Assembly (NCBI RefSeq): GCF_009834535.1
Contig: NC_045696.1
Coordinates: 55,368,001-55,432,000, forward strand
Direction: 5' to 3'
Length of the DNA: 64,000 nt
Origin: Camelus ferus
Taxonomy: Eukaryota
The notes beneath the pieces were generated by a model. That model did no database searches. It was not told the DNA's origin and saw only the letters and a list, made by a program, of their open reading frames with translations. This document shows positions 37,284-50,355 of this stretch, in pieces (position 1 is the first letter of the stretch; every line of letters starts with the position of its first letter). The position numbers and the translations under genes were made by a program.

Positions 37284-39829
37284 CGAACTTTTGAACTTTT
37301 TTGACTGTTGTGAGTATATTCACACATTAAACACATTTGCATGTATATATACATATATATATAATCTGAAACAAAAGCTTCATGAGATAATACATAAAGT
37401 GCATCCAATTTCATTTTTAAAGTGATGATTGCAACTCACTAAACCTTCCTATTAGTGAATTGTGAGCTAGAATTTGAAAAATACTAGATTAAAAATATGA
37501 TAACACAATAATGGAATATTATTTAGCAACATAAATATTTCTTAAAAACTCCTTAATAAGAATATATTAATACAAAATTAAGTGATAAAAGGGCAAGTTA
37601 CCAATTATCTATACAGCCCGATTTTAATATTTTTAAGTATGTATGCATTGGAATGGTTCTCCGGGACCATACATAAGAGATAGGGTACTTCAGTGGGCCC
37701 ACAATTTGCCTAATATTTCTTTGTCATAGTTTCTTACAGGGAGAAGAACAGAAGAGCATGAGATTTAGACAATCCTGGAGGCCTATGTGATCGTGAATTA
37801 ACTGTAAAGTATATTTATTTCATTTAATAAACATTTATTAGTTATAAACATTATGTCCTGAGTACTCGATATGGAAAGATGCTCCAGATCTATCATGGGA
37901 AGACAGACATTGAGACAAAGTAATGTGCTGGTGTTGCAGATGGATGCAAGATGTTCAATGGGGGCCCCGAAGAGAGAGTCCTCATTTCTGCTGGGAGGTG
38001 ACTCCAGAGCTGATTAAAGATGAGTTTGCCCCGAGGAATCAAGGCAGAAAAGAAGAATGTTCAAGATAGGAGGCTGGAGCAGTGGGTGCAGGAACAGGGA
38101 AGGGTGACCGTGCAGGGTGAATTGGGGGTGTGAGGCATCTTGGTATGACAGTGGCATAAGGTGAGGTAGGGATTGGGGTGGGAAGTGAGGCTGGAGAGCT
38201 GAGCAAGGGCAGGATCATGGAGGGCATGTGTGCCATGCCAAGGAGCCTGGACGCACTGGACCACTGGATCTTAACAAGGATGCACATCATCATCACCTGT
38301 GCAGCTTTCAAAACTGTAGATGCCTGCTCACTCTCAGGAACACTGATTGGTTGGCCCTTCATAAAAAAGTTTACTTTTTGCTCAGCCTCTTTCTGTAGGC
38401 AATGAGAGGCTATTTAAGGAGTGCAACAAGCAGAGGTGTGGTATCACATTTCCAACCAGCACAGTGTGGAGAGTGGACCAGAATTGGACAGGCTGAAGGC
38501 AGAAAGCCCAGCTAAAGAGACCATCATGATAGTCCAAATGAGTAAGGGAAAAAACACAAGCTAAAGGAAAAGCGGTTGGGAAGGAGAGGAGGGGAAGGAT
38601 ATTGAAATGTCATGTCCACAGCCTGGACTTATATGGAGGCAGTGGTGGTGGCAAAGGGTGAGTTGGGTGCTGGGAGGTTTAGCTCCCCCATAATCTCCTG
38701 CAGCCTCCCAAATAAACAGGTCAAATGAAAGCAGATGTTTGCTGTGTAACAGAATTATAGGAAAAATCCTCCACCCTCCCTCCTTTCCTCCCCCTTACCC
38801 ACTTTCCAAAAGATTGCCACCTCCAAGCCTCTCCTCTTCCTGAAGCCACAACTAGTGTCTGGGATGGAGAAGGGAGACAGAAGGTGGAGGGAAATCTAGG
38901 ATGACTGCCTTTTCCAACACTCAGGGAAAATAATACTTACCTCATGGATCTGAAGTGAGAATAAACCAGATAATGTACGGACTGTGTCTGGCACATGGGA
39001 AAGCTCTCGATAAACCATTTCCTCTTCCTGCACAGGAGCGACTAAGGCCCCGGCCCTCCTCTTACCTGACCAAAATTTCCACCCAGCTCTGTCCTCCTCT
39101 CTTAAACATATTTATGTTTTCTAGTGCAAGACTAAACTGACAAGTTTTCACTTTCTTTTTCAGACAAAACAGAGTAACTTTTTCATCATATGGAATAATT
39201 AAAGTCAGAGCTAGGTGAAAGATTTCCCCCTCCTTTTAGCTGTGTTTCATCAACTGAGAAGAAATTCTCTTTCCTGATAATCCTCTCTAAAATGTAACAT
39301 TCTTTTCATCCATAAACTCAATGAAGAAAAAAAAAAGTGCTAGCAACACATCTGAAGTTTCCTTGTAGCCATCTAAAAGTTAACTCTTCATTGCTTTTGC
39401 AAGTAACCAAAAACACTGCACTTAAAAAAAAAAAAAAGGCTACAGAGACCTCTATTAAAGCTGTTCTTTTTATAAACGTGCAGGCACAAATCAATGCATT
39501 GTTAATGAAGAGTTTTCCTGTATAGGCCTCTAGAGTCTTGTAGAGACTCAAGACTTGCTCATGACCTCTCAATGGGGGAAGGGGTGGGCGGGGAGTTCAC
39601 ACAATGGGGGCTTTCAGTTCTGGGTACTTCAGAGGAACCGAGCCCACGAAGTCAGATGCCAGGACCAGCCCTGTGCCCTCCTTCCCAAAGGTGAATCCCA
39701 GATTGTTAAGAGGAAAACTGGGGAGAGGGGTGTACTGATCTGAATCATTCAAATCGTCCTCTTAATTTAAAAATGATCAGAGATGCATCTTTTCTCCTTC
39801 TTCTGGAAGCATAAATATCACAAAGCACT

Positions 39830-40045
39830 GTAAGAAGCCTGCCAATTCAGAGCCTGCCTGCCTACCTTTGAATCCTGGTCCCAGCCGTGCTACTACTATG
39901 TAGCCTGGGGCTACTTCATTGCTGGTGCCTTTTTTCCTCATCTGTAAAATGGAATAGTAATAGTACCTCCCTCATAGAGTTGTTGTGAGCATCAAAATGA
40001 GTAAATAGATGGAAAGTGCTTAGAAGAATGCCTGGCACGTAGTTG
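39830..40045 (+). mobile_element. MIR SINE
   Basis: ttcctcatctgtaaaatggaatagtaatagtacctccctcatagagttgttgtgag...gtgcttagaagaatgcctggcacgtag. Confidence 0.88.
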
Positions 40046-41344
40046 CTGGTGACCAGACACTAATCAGCAGAGGACAGCTGCAGACCGGATCCACCCAGGC
40101 ATGCATCTGCTGGAAACTGGTCTATTCCACAGCAGAGATGCTTAGTACTGGACCACAGGCCACCTAAGGCCCACAGACATGTACAATCAACTTGGACAGC
40201 ATTTAACTTTTTAAAAACTTCATTGTCAACATACATGATTTAGGAGATAAATCAGCATTTCCAGCTTCTCTTGAAGATTCGAGAGATCTGGCCATGCTGG
40301 GCCTGGAGTCCCACTGGCAACTGTTGGAGCAAGCTGAGTAGCTGCTAAATTGTGGCCATGGTGTCAACCTCCAGGTCACTACCACCCATATGGCCCAATC
40401 CTCTCATTTCCTTAACCTCTCCAGGCATTTGAAGTTGTGATCTCTACACTAGGGGTTGGGGCTTGGAAAATCACAGCCTATACCTACATCATAATAAAGG
40501 AGTGATTCTGAGAAGTTTGAGGGGTGGACAAGGCCTTGCCTTCTTGGTGGTGGGGAAAAGGGAAGAAGAGGGAGCTGCTTGTATATGACACTCAGATCTT
40601 CTGTAGTCTCTTCTTTGGAACTCTTTCCCCAACCCCACTTTCTCCTTATAAAGTTCAAGTAAATGACTTACAAAGTAAAAACAGTAACAGCTACAATTTA
40701 TCAAGAACTATGCCATCTTAATACATTATCTAACTGAATCCTCAGAACTATGCTGTAAGAGTGATGATCCTCACGTTACAGGTGAAGAAAACAAGGCTGA
40801 GAGGCTAAACAACTTCCCTAAAGTCAGTTAGGAAGTGATGGAGCAGGACTGACACTCAGGGTCCAGGGTACTACAGTGCCTCCTTCTTAGCAGTTTCTTC
40901 CAAATTCACCCATTGCCTCCAGGGACTACTTTGTCCCCCTCAAAACTTCTCACCTAAGAGAATTTCTTCAAATCCACCCTTCTCTCACAACAGTTCTATC
41001 CTGAGCTTAAAGGTGGTGAGGAGATCAGTATTTTATGTAAATGGAAAATATCCTAGGAAACTGATGAGAAAAAAGTTGAAGGCTGTGAAACTCCCTTAAG
41101 TATAGGAGTTAAAAATGAAGACTCAAAAAACTTGACTGACTGGAGAAAATTATTCTAATTGCCCAGAAGGTCAGAGATGGAAATTTTCTCCAATCATTAA
41201 AAAACACTTGAGCAAAGAATGACTGAAGAGAATTAAGTGTTCTGCCTATGCCATGCCAAATTTGAGGCAGTGCCAACACTTTTCATATTTATTAGCTATC
41301 TTAATGGAAGGACAATCCATGATAATTCATATGTGATATTCTTG

Positions 41345-41520
41345 ACTCTGTAACTTACTAGCTTTGTGACCTTGAGCAAAACACTTAACCTAAACCTTGG
41401 TTTCCTCATCTGTAAAATGAGCATAACAATGAACCTGGAAGTGTGCTGTGAGGATTTCAAATGGGATGCTCACGAAGTGATTAGCATGCTGTCTGGCATA
41501 CAGTAGGAGCCCTGTAAGTA
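41345..41520 (+). mobile_element. MIR SINE
   Basis: acttactagctttgtgaccttgagcaaaacacttaacc...tttcctcatctgtaaaatg. Confidence 0.85.
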
Positions 41521-44500
41521 CTGATGTTTTCCCACCCATTTCATTTTCCTCACTAATTTAAAAATGATGGTAACCAGAACACAGACGTGCTGTTTTGGAA
41601 TAAAATGTGTGAAAATAGGAAACAAGGGAACATTTGGTCAGACAGACAATAATGACTTGGTCTTTTCCTTTCTCTTAAATAAAAAGAATTTCAAAGGGCA
41701 AGTTTATATGCAACAGCACTCAAACAGGACCTCCAGCAAGGAGAGTCAGAATTCTGAGTAGGTGGAAATGACTTTCTATTGCTGGGAAATTTAAGCTTCT
41801 GAAGTACTACTACTACTAATGGCTAATACTGCGTGTTTATTTTAGCCAGACACTATGCTATTCACTTTATGTCCATTATTTCATCTAGTCCTCACAACCT
41901 CCAAGGTAGCTACTGTTAGCTCTAATTTGTAGATGAATTTGAGCCTTTGAGAATTCTGTAATTTGTCCTTCATAAGGACAACTGCAACTCATCCATGTCC
42001 ATATACATGGTCATATAATTTTGTCCAAGCCCAGAATGCAAAACTGCTGTAAATCTAATGAACTTGGGGAGCAATGATGAATGGTATAGAAATGTAGTTT
42101 CAATGTAACCTTTTAGGCTAAATTATCTCATCTAGTTAACCAACCTGCCCAAATTAATCAGATATCAACCGAACTCAGTGTTAAATACATAGCAGGCACT
42201 TAACACGTATTGCTTTGTCTAATAATTTTGTCTCTATCATTAATGTCTTATGATTAAGTTAGAATTTTGTATCCTGTCTTTACCTAAAATAGGCACTAAT
42301 ACCTTATTCACAAGGGAGCTGTGAGGAAAAGCTATAAATAACTATATACACATAGAATTTACAAATCACCCTTTCTCTAGATTGCATTCATCTTCTCAAC
42401 ATTTTGCTGTTAAGATTGAAAATTATTTTACTAGACACAAGTTAGATGGCTGTCTGAAAGAGGGCCATTAGAAGTCAAAACAACTAGGACCCCAGATCTC
42501 TCCTCCAGACTCCTGTTCACCCGGACCCAAGTACCTGTCTGAGTACTGAGGACTGAAAAACAACTGGCAGATTACTTACTAGTTTGGCCAAATTGCTTAA
42601 CCACTCTTAGCCTCAGTTTCTGGGCTGGTACAATATGAGTGATGATATAGGACTGTGATGGGCTTAAAGGAATTAATATTTATGTGTATTTTAAAAAGCA
42701 CATAGAAAGCATGAAAGAAGTAACAGATATTATTATTTTTATGTCAAACACTTTGTAACTATTTAACATGGGTTTCTTCCCCCCAAAACACCCACTCCTC
42801 ACCCCAAGAACCAGGAAAATCAGAACCTGAAAGAGAAAAGACCATCAGTAAATGCCAACATCAAGATGAATCAGAGAGTGGAATTATCTGACAAGATTTT
42901 AAACACAGCTATAATAAAAATGCTCAATGAGCAATTACGAATTCTCTTGAAACTAACTGAAAAACCTGAAAAATCTCGGTAAAGAAATAGGAATGAAGTA
43001 ATAATACATGCTACAACATGGATGAACTTCAGAAACATTATGCTAAGTAGACTAAGTCACATGCACACAAAAACACACATATTGTCTTATACCATTTATA
43101 CGAAATGTCCAGAGTAGGCACATATATTAAGACAGAAAGTAGACAAGTGGCTGCCTGGGGCTGAAGGAGGTGTGGAATAATGAGTAACTGTTGTAGGTAC
43201 GGGTCCTTTGTGGGGTGATGAAAATGTCCTAAAATTAGATTTTGGTGATGTTGGTGCAACTCTGTAAACATACTAAAAACTATTAAATTGTACACTTCAT
43301 GTAAGTGAACTGCTACATAAATTCTCTCTCAATATAATTTAGGTTGAAATTTAAATTCTCTTTAAAAAAGGAATTGAATATAAGTTATTCAAACTAAAAA
43401 ATACAGTAACCAAAATAAAAACTTGCTAGATGGACTCAATAGAAGAGTGGAAACAGAGGACAAAAATCAGTAAATCTGAGGACAGAGCAGTAGGATTTAC
43501 TCTGGACAACACAAAGATAATAGGCTGAAAACATGAACAGAGCCTCGGGAACCTGTGGAATAACAGCATCTATCATCAGTCCCAGAAAGATCTGAGACAG
43601 AGAGTGGGGCTGAAAGGGTATTTTAAGAAATACTGGCAGAACACATTCCAAATTTTTCATATGTTTAAAGAAAAGAACTGCCAACCATGAATACTATGTC
43701 CAGTGGGGAATGAAGGGGCAATGAAGACACTCTTGGACAAAAGAAAACTAAGAGAATTTGTTGCTACCAGATCTACCCTTACAAATTGGCTAAACGGAAT
43801 TCCTCAAACAGAAAGGGAATGATTAAAAAAGGAATCTTAGACCATCAGGAAAGAAGAAAGAAAAACTAAAAAGTGGATACATGGGTGTGTAAAATGAACT
43901 TCTCATGAGTTTTAAAATTGTGTTTGATGATGGAAACAAAAATTATATACCATCTTATGATCAAGAAAAAGATATTTTAAAAGGGGAAAGAAAGGGGATA
44001 TGTATGGAAGTAAGTTTTCACACTACTCAAAGTGGTAAAATGTTGATAGAAGTAGACTGTGGTATGTTATATATGCTTATTGTAATAGCTAAAATAAACA
44101 CTTAAAAAACTATACAAAGTGAAATACTCAAAAAGACTATAAATATATCAAGGCCTAAAAATTGTTCAAATCACCCACAAGAAAGTAAGAGAAATAGATA
44201 ATAAGAAATAGAAGAGAAACAACAGAAAACAAAAAATAAAATAGCAGCTTTAAGCCCTAAACATACCGATAATTGCCTTAAATGTAGATGGTCTAAATAT
44301 ACCAATTAAAAGACAAGTATTTGCAGAGTGGATAGAAAAATATGATCCAACAATATACTGTCTACAAGAAACTCATTTCAAATACAGTGCCATAGGAATA
44401 TTGTAAGAGTATGCAGATATTAATTTTAAAAATGCAACAGTGGTAAATTAATACCAGACTTCATAGCAAAAAAAAAAATTACTAGAGACAAAAATGAACT

Positions 44501-46573
44501 ACATAATGGTAAAAGGATCAATCCACCAGGAAGACATAATGATTCTAAATATATGTGCAATAAGGAAGAAAGCCCCAAAACACATGAAGCAAAAATGGTA
44601 AAGCTGAAAGGAGAAATAGACAAATCTACAATTATGGTTGACGATTTCAGCACCCCAGTTTCAGCAACTGATTACTAGATAGAAAATCAGTCAAGATATA
44701 AAAATGACCAACACAATCATACAACAGAATCTAATTGACATACCCACAGCATTCCAAACTAACAACAGCAGAATAAAAATTTTTTAGAGCCCATGGAACA
44801 AGTAACAACATAGACTGTATCCGAGGCCATAAAACAAACTTCAAAAAATGTAAAGCATCAAAATAATACAGATTATTTTTCTAACTTCAACCTAAAAATC
44901 ACTAGCAGAAAGACAACCAGAAAATCTCCAATAATTTAGAAATTAACATATTGATCCTTTTACCGCCTCAAGAAACTAGAAATATAAGAGGAAAAAAACC
45001 CCATAGCAGTTGAAGGGATGAAAGAATAAGAAGCAGAAATCAACAAAACTGAAAACAGAAAAATAGAAAAAAAATTGATCAAACAAAAAGCTTTCTTTGG
45101 GGAAAAAAATCCAAAAAATTAACAAACATCAAACAAAATTGATAAAAAACAAAAAGATAGAAGATACAGATCACCAACATCAGGAGTGAAATAAGAGATA
45201 TCAATACAGATCCTGCTCCCACTAAAAAGATAACAAGGGGAAAATACATTATGCCCATAAAATTGACACGCTAGAAGAGATGTATCAATTCCTCAAAACC
45301 TACAAAACATCAAAACTCAATCAAGATGAATTAGACAACTTAAATAGCCCTATAACCATTAAAGAAATTGAATCAGTTATTTAAAAGCTGAAAAAGAAAT
45401 CTCAGGCACAGATGATTTTACTAGAGAATTCTATGCACTTAGGCACAAAAATCTGCAACAAAACATTAGAAGATCAAATCCAGCAAAGTTGAAAAATTTA
45501 TATCCATGACCAATTGCAATTTACTCTAGGTACACAAGGCTGGTTTGACATTTGGAAATCAATCAATATAATCCAGTTTATCAACATACTAAAGGAAAAA
45601 AGATATGATCTTATCAATTGATAAAGAAAAATCATTTGACAAAATCCAACACCCATACATGATAAGATACTCTCAGCAAGTATTAAAAGTGAAACTTCCT
45701 AAATTGATAAAAAGCATCTATAAAACACCACATCTAATATCATACTTAAGTAAAACAATAAATGCTCACCCGAACCCCAAGACTGGGAACAAGGGAAGGA
45801 TACTACACTCATTAACTTAACATAGAACTATCAATTCTAGTCATTGCAATAAGGCAAGAAAAAGAAAAGACATACAAAGACAAAGACATACAAAGACACA
45901 TACAGAGGAAGAAATTAAAATGTCCCTATCTGATTGTAATTGATTGTACTTAAATTTTAAAAAAATCTCTATCTGCAGATTACATGATTATTTATGTAGA
46001 AAATCCCAAAAGATCTACCAAAAAAAGAAAAAAAAAAAAAAAGAAATGCCACAAAACAAACAAAAAAATCAAACACTCTGAAGAAGTCAATTCAGCAAGG
46101 TTGAAGAATACAAAATCAATACAAAAAATTCACTCACAATTCTATTTCCTAACAACAAATAGAAACGAAAATTTAAAACACAGTAACATTTACAATTGCT
46201 TCAAAGAAAATTAAATATTTAGGGATAAATCCAACAAAATGTAGAGGATCTATACCTGAAAAGTAGAAAATGCTGATGAAATAAATCAAAGAAGACCTAA
46301 ATAACAGGAGAGATAACATGTTCACAGACTAGAAAATAGTATGGTAAAGATGCCAGTTCTTCCCAATCTACAGGCTTAATGTGGTTCCTATTACAACAGC
46401 AAGGTGCTCTGTAGGCATAGGCCATCTTATTCTAAAATTTATACAGAAAGGCATAGGAACTAGAAAAGCTAAAATGATTTTGAAAAAGAAGAAGAAAGTG
46501 GGAGAAACCACTCTACTAGATGTTAAACCTTGCTAATTAGTTATAAGAGTAAGCACAGTGTTGACTGTGCTGA

Positions 46574-46644
46574 GAAGGAAGGAAGGAAGGAAGGAAGGAA
46601 GGAAGGAAGGAAGGAAGGGAGGAAGGAAGGGAGGAAGGAAGGAA
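46574..46644 (+). repeat. (GGAA)n microsatellite, imperfect
   Basis: Direct reading of the sequence. Confidence 0.95.
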
Positions 46645-47006
46645 CAGACACAAAGATCAGAAGAAGAGCTAGAGAACTCAGATAGAGACCCACACAAATA
46701 TGCCTCAAATTATTTTTTCCAAAGGTGCAAAAGCAATTCACTGGAGGAAGGATAGACTTTTCAACAAACAGTGCTCGAGTCACTATACATTTAGACATTT
46801 ATCTTAGAGAAATGAAAACTTATGTTCACATAAAAACCTGTTAAAAAAAAAAAGAAGAAGAAATATTCACAGCAGCTTTATTTGCAATAGCGAAAACCTG
46901 GAAAAACTCAAATATCCTTCATACCCTTCAATGGGTAAATGGTTAAACAAACTGAGGTATATCCATTCCATGAAATCCTACTCAGTAATAAAACAGAATG
47001 AACTAA

Positions 47007-47145
47007 GGGGAGGGTATAGCTCAGTGGTAGAGTGCTTGCCTAGCATGCATGAGGTCCTGGGTTCGATCCCTAGCACTTCCATTAAACAAACAAATAAACA
47101 AACAAACCTAATTACCTACCCCCCCAAATCAAAACAAAACAAAAA
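47007..47145 (+). mobile_element. tRNA-derived camelid SINE (Vic-type)
   Basis: ggggagggtatagctcagtggtagag (A box)...gggttcgatccc (B box)...aaacctaattacc and A-rich tail. Degenerate TSD. Confidence 0.88.
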
Positions 47146-48049
47146 GGAATAAATTACTGATGCATGCAACAACTTGGATGGATCTCAAGAACACTATGAT
47201 GAGTGTAAAGAAAAGCCAATCGTCAAATGTTACATACTGCATTTCACTTACATAGCATTCTTGAAATGACAAATTATCGAGATGGAGAACAGATTAGGGA
47301 TCAGGGACTTGGAGAGGAAGGAGGTGGCTATGACTATAAAATAACAGCTCAAGGAATCCAGTAACTTGACTGTGGTGGTGGCCACATGAATCTACACGTG
47401 ATAAAATTACACAGAACCAAATGCACACATGTGTGAGCACACACACGCAGAGTGCATGTTCAAGGTTGAAATCTGAATGAGGCTGATGGATTGTACCCAT
47501 GTGCATGTGTAATACTGTATACTAGTTAGGTTAGACATTACCATTTGGAGAAATTATAGGAATCTCTATTATTTCTAATAAACTGCATGAAAATAAGTAA
47601 ATATCTCAAAATAAAGAGTTAAGGGAATGATCCAATATATAGCAAGAGCTACAATCATGACCATAACTTCCTGAACTGAGACTTGTCAACGTTAGTTCCA
47701 AAATCATCATTTTTCTACTCGATAGCCATATTAGGCACTGTGCTGTGTGAGAGAGATTCAGGGGTGAAAAAAAACAGTCCTGAATCCTGTTTTCATGAAC
47801 TCCCATATAGGAAATGTGAAAAGAGCTCAATGTGTGAAAAGGATCATTACATCTTCAGTCATCCATGTGACAAATGGACTCAAATTTCTAATGGTAAGAG
47901 TAGAGCTAAGTAATTTTTGGAATATGTTCATGGACTGCTCAGTAAAAATTATTATGAATACTATAAACAGAATGGAAAATACTTATAACATTAAGAGAAC
48001 ACTAAATACAAAATGAGACATTCATTAGTAGATAATTAATGACAACTTG

Positions 48050-49913
48050 TTTTTATATGAATAAACTTTTATTGGATTTTAGATAATTAGAAAGAATAAA
48101 GAAATGCAAGATAAACGCTTTCTAAACAACATCTGATAGTATCATCTTTTCTGTCATGGTATTTTCACTTTTCTTTATAAAAAGTATAGACATTCATTTA
48201 TTTAAATTTTTACAAAGTCGAGAACCATCAAACGGAAAAAATAAGTAATGCTAAAGTAAATTCAGCTTTTCATCAATGTTGGAATGGTTGCAATGGTTAG
48301 GTTCTGAGCTTAGCCCTCTTCGAAAAGTAGTGTGTGCAGCTGCTGTTGGTTTCCATTATTCAAGTAAGTCTGAAAACCAGGAGGCCACTCCTTGCGACAA
48401 CTATGCTTGCAGGAAAAGAGGGTAAAGAGCACAGTAGGAAGAGGGAGGGAGAGACACCACCGGGGAAAGAAAAGATGCTCTTGTCGAATCACAGGGGCAG
48501 CATCATGAAGAATTTAGGAAACAAATCTGGAAAGAAATCACTTGTGTGCTGCTTAAAGTGTGATTAAGGCGAGATAGTCACCAATACAAGTATGGCCAGG
48601 TCTACATGGCACAAAATAGAGTGGGGAGTTTGTAAAGTATCTGGTGAACACCAAGGCCAGGTAATTAATCCCAAAAAGAGTCTCTTTACAGTGGTGTAAA
48701 ATGCATTTGGGCAAAACTGCAACCCTGAGCTGTGACAAATACAGGGCAGACCCTCCCAGGAGCATCTCATCCCTTTTGTCTCAGTCTTTTCTCCTTTGCA
48801 AAAATAATCATTTTGAAAGAAAATGGAAACAAAGCAACTCCTGCCCTCCCTGTAATGACCTAGTACCCTCGACTTGTCAAACAAGGGAAAAGTTATCTCC
48901 TGCAGTACAAAAGGCACCAGGTGCTGCCCTCATTAAGAGGAAGCCGGTGGGACAGCAAGGAGGCCGGGACAGCCCTGCTCTGAGAGCCGCCAGGAGTTCC
49001 CAGGGCCTGCCTCCGCCAGCACAATTAGGCCCCTGGTGCTGGGCCTCCGCGGGCTCAGCGAACACAGTCACTGGACGTGATGTCAACAACAGTCTTCTCT
49101 TTCCTAACCCGGTGCCTTGCATATATTAAAAAAAAATTAGTTTTCTTTTAAAAAATACTTTCCCAGGAAATAATGAACAGTAATTGTCATGGACCTATAA
49201 CAGACCCTAGAAAATCGTAGACAGGCAATAATCTGTCAATACAGCAATATTCCAAATATGAAATTCATGGTCCAGGAAGAGATAAATAAATAAATATGAA
49301 GGGGCTTCTCAACGAAGTTGCTAGCTTTCCCCCATTCCTTACTGAATTCTGTTGGTGTAAAAAGTTTTGATTCTATGATACAAGAGCCAGTCCTGTTAGG
49401 ACCAATACTCACCATTTATGTCATTCAGCCCCTACATAAAGAGGGGATGGGGAGAGGCAGGACATATCACAGAGATGCTCAGTATATTTTCTAAGGACAC
49501 CTATCTTTTTAAAAAATTTCATTATTTAAACTCCATCTGGCACTTAAGTCTCTTGAAAAATTACTATGTTAGGCATGAATCAAAAAAACAAGCCCATCTG
49601 GACCGCAGTTTGGGTTTGAAATGCTATTCTGCTCTTATACCTTTCTCCTCGGCTTGGCACATCTGTGAGATCCAGCTTTTGGAACAGAATCCTGGGACAT
49701 CTGGGGTGGGGGAACGAGTCTTCATGCTGGAGGATTCCAGTTCATTTTATAGATCTTAGTGGCCAGGTCACAGCACTGCCCTCTCCTCTGTGCTTTCTAC
49801 CAGAATTGCTGTCAGGAAGGTGTCCTTCCCAGCACTCCACCACCCCACGCGCCCCCTTGAACGGGGGCATCCTCCACTTCTTTTCTTTTCTGCATGCTCC
49901 ACTGGCTCCCATC
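48050..49913 (-). other. IGSF11: IGSF11 3' UTR (3' end approximate)
   Basis: Apparently repeat-free sequence between the stop codon and minus-strand AATAAA signals at 48197-48202 and 48068-48073. The latter is followed by a short GU element. Confidence 0.7.
48068..48073 (-). terminator. Probable IGSF11 polyadenylation signal AATAAA
   Basis: tttatt on + strand. Minus strand reads AATAAAagtttattcatataaaaacaagttgtc. Confidence 0.6.
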
Positions 49914-50355
49914 CTATACCAGGGACCCGGCCCGACTCTGGGCTGGCACCATGACGGGGACGGCGCCAATCCGCTCTAGGGTGGCTTGGCTGATGTAGGA
50001 GTGTGTGGGCTGGGGCCGAGGCTTCCTGCTGACCGAGCCATTGCTCCGGGCCATGACCGGTGGTGATGACCCTCTGTTGGCGGTCACCACCAGGGTCTTG
50101 TGTGGGGCCGGGACCAGGTGGCTCCCATTAGCATAGATGGACGGTATGTTGGCCTGGCCAGAGTGCAGGGAGAAAGACTGGCGCGAGTCACTGAAGTGGT
50201 TGAACGACTCCGTGTGTCTGTGCGCTTTGGGATTGTTGCTCCAGTAGTGACTGTTGTAGGTATTGGAAGAGGTCAGTGTGTTGTTCTCTGAGGAGGATAT
50301 CTCGGCGTGAAATGCTTTGGCAGAAGAAGAACATTTAGGTGGAAGATCATCCTCT
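49914..50355 (-). CDS. IGSF11: IGSF11 last coding exon (cytoplasmic tail, C-terminal PDZ-binding motif GSLV)
   Basis: Acceptor ttttcag|AGAGGAT at 50355. Translates (R)[31 protein letters not shown]...[26 protein letters not shown] (stop 49914-49916). In frame with the preceding exon. Confidence 0.97.

Larger units (their letters stand above)
42820..47600 (+). mobile_element. Long degenerate L1 (L1MC-like: ORF1, ORF2, 3' UTR remnants) with nested L1 3' fragment (about 42990-43340), GGAA repeat and SINE
   Basis: ORF2 remnants (ILSIDKEKSFDKIQHPYMI; MIIYVENPK) with many stops and frameshifts; A-rich + strand. Confidence 0.88.

Noticed and set aside
47007..47080. Functional tRNA gene (also 53854-53925)
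   Set aside because: The tRNA-like head is followed by a SINE body, A-rich tail and TSD, so it is a tRNA-derived SINE.
42820..47600. Active LINE-1
   Set aside because: Numerous stops, frameshifts, deletions and nested insertions.
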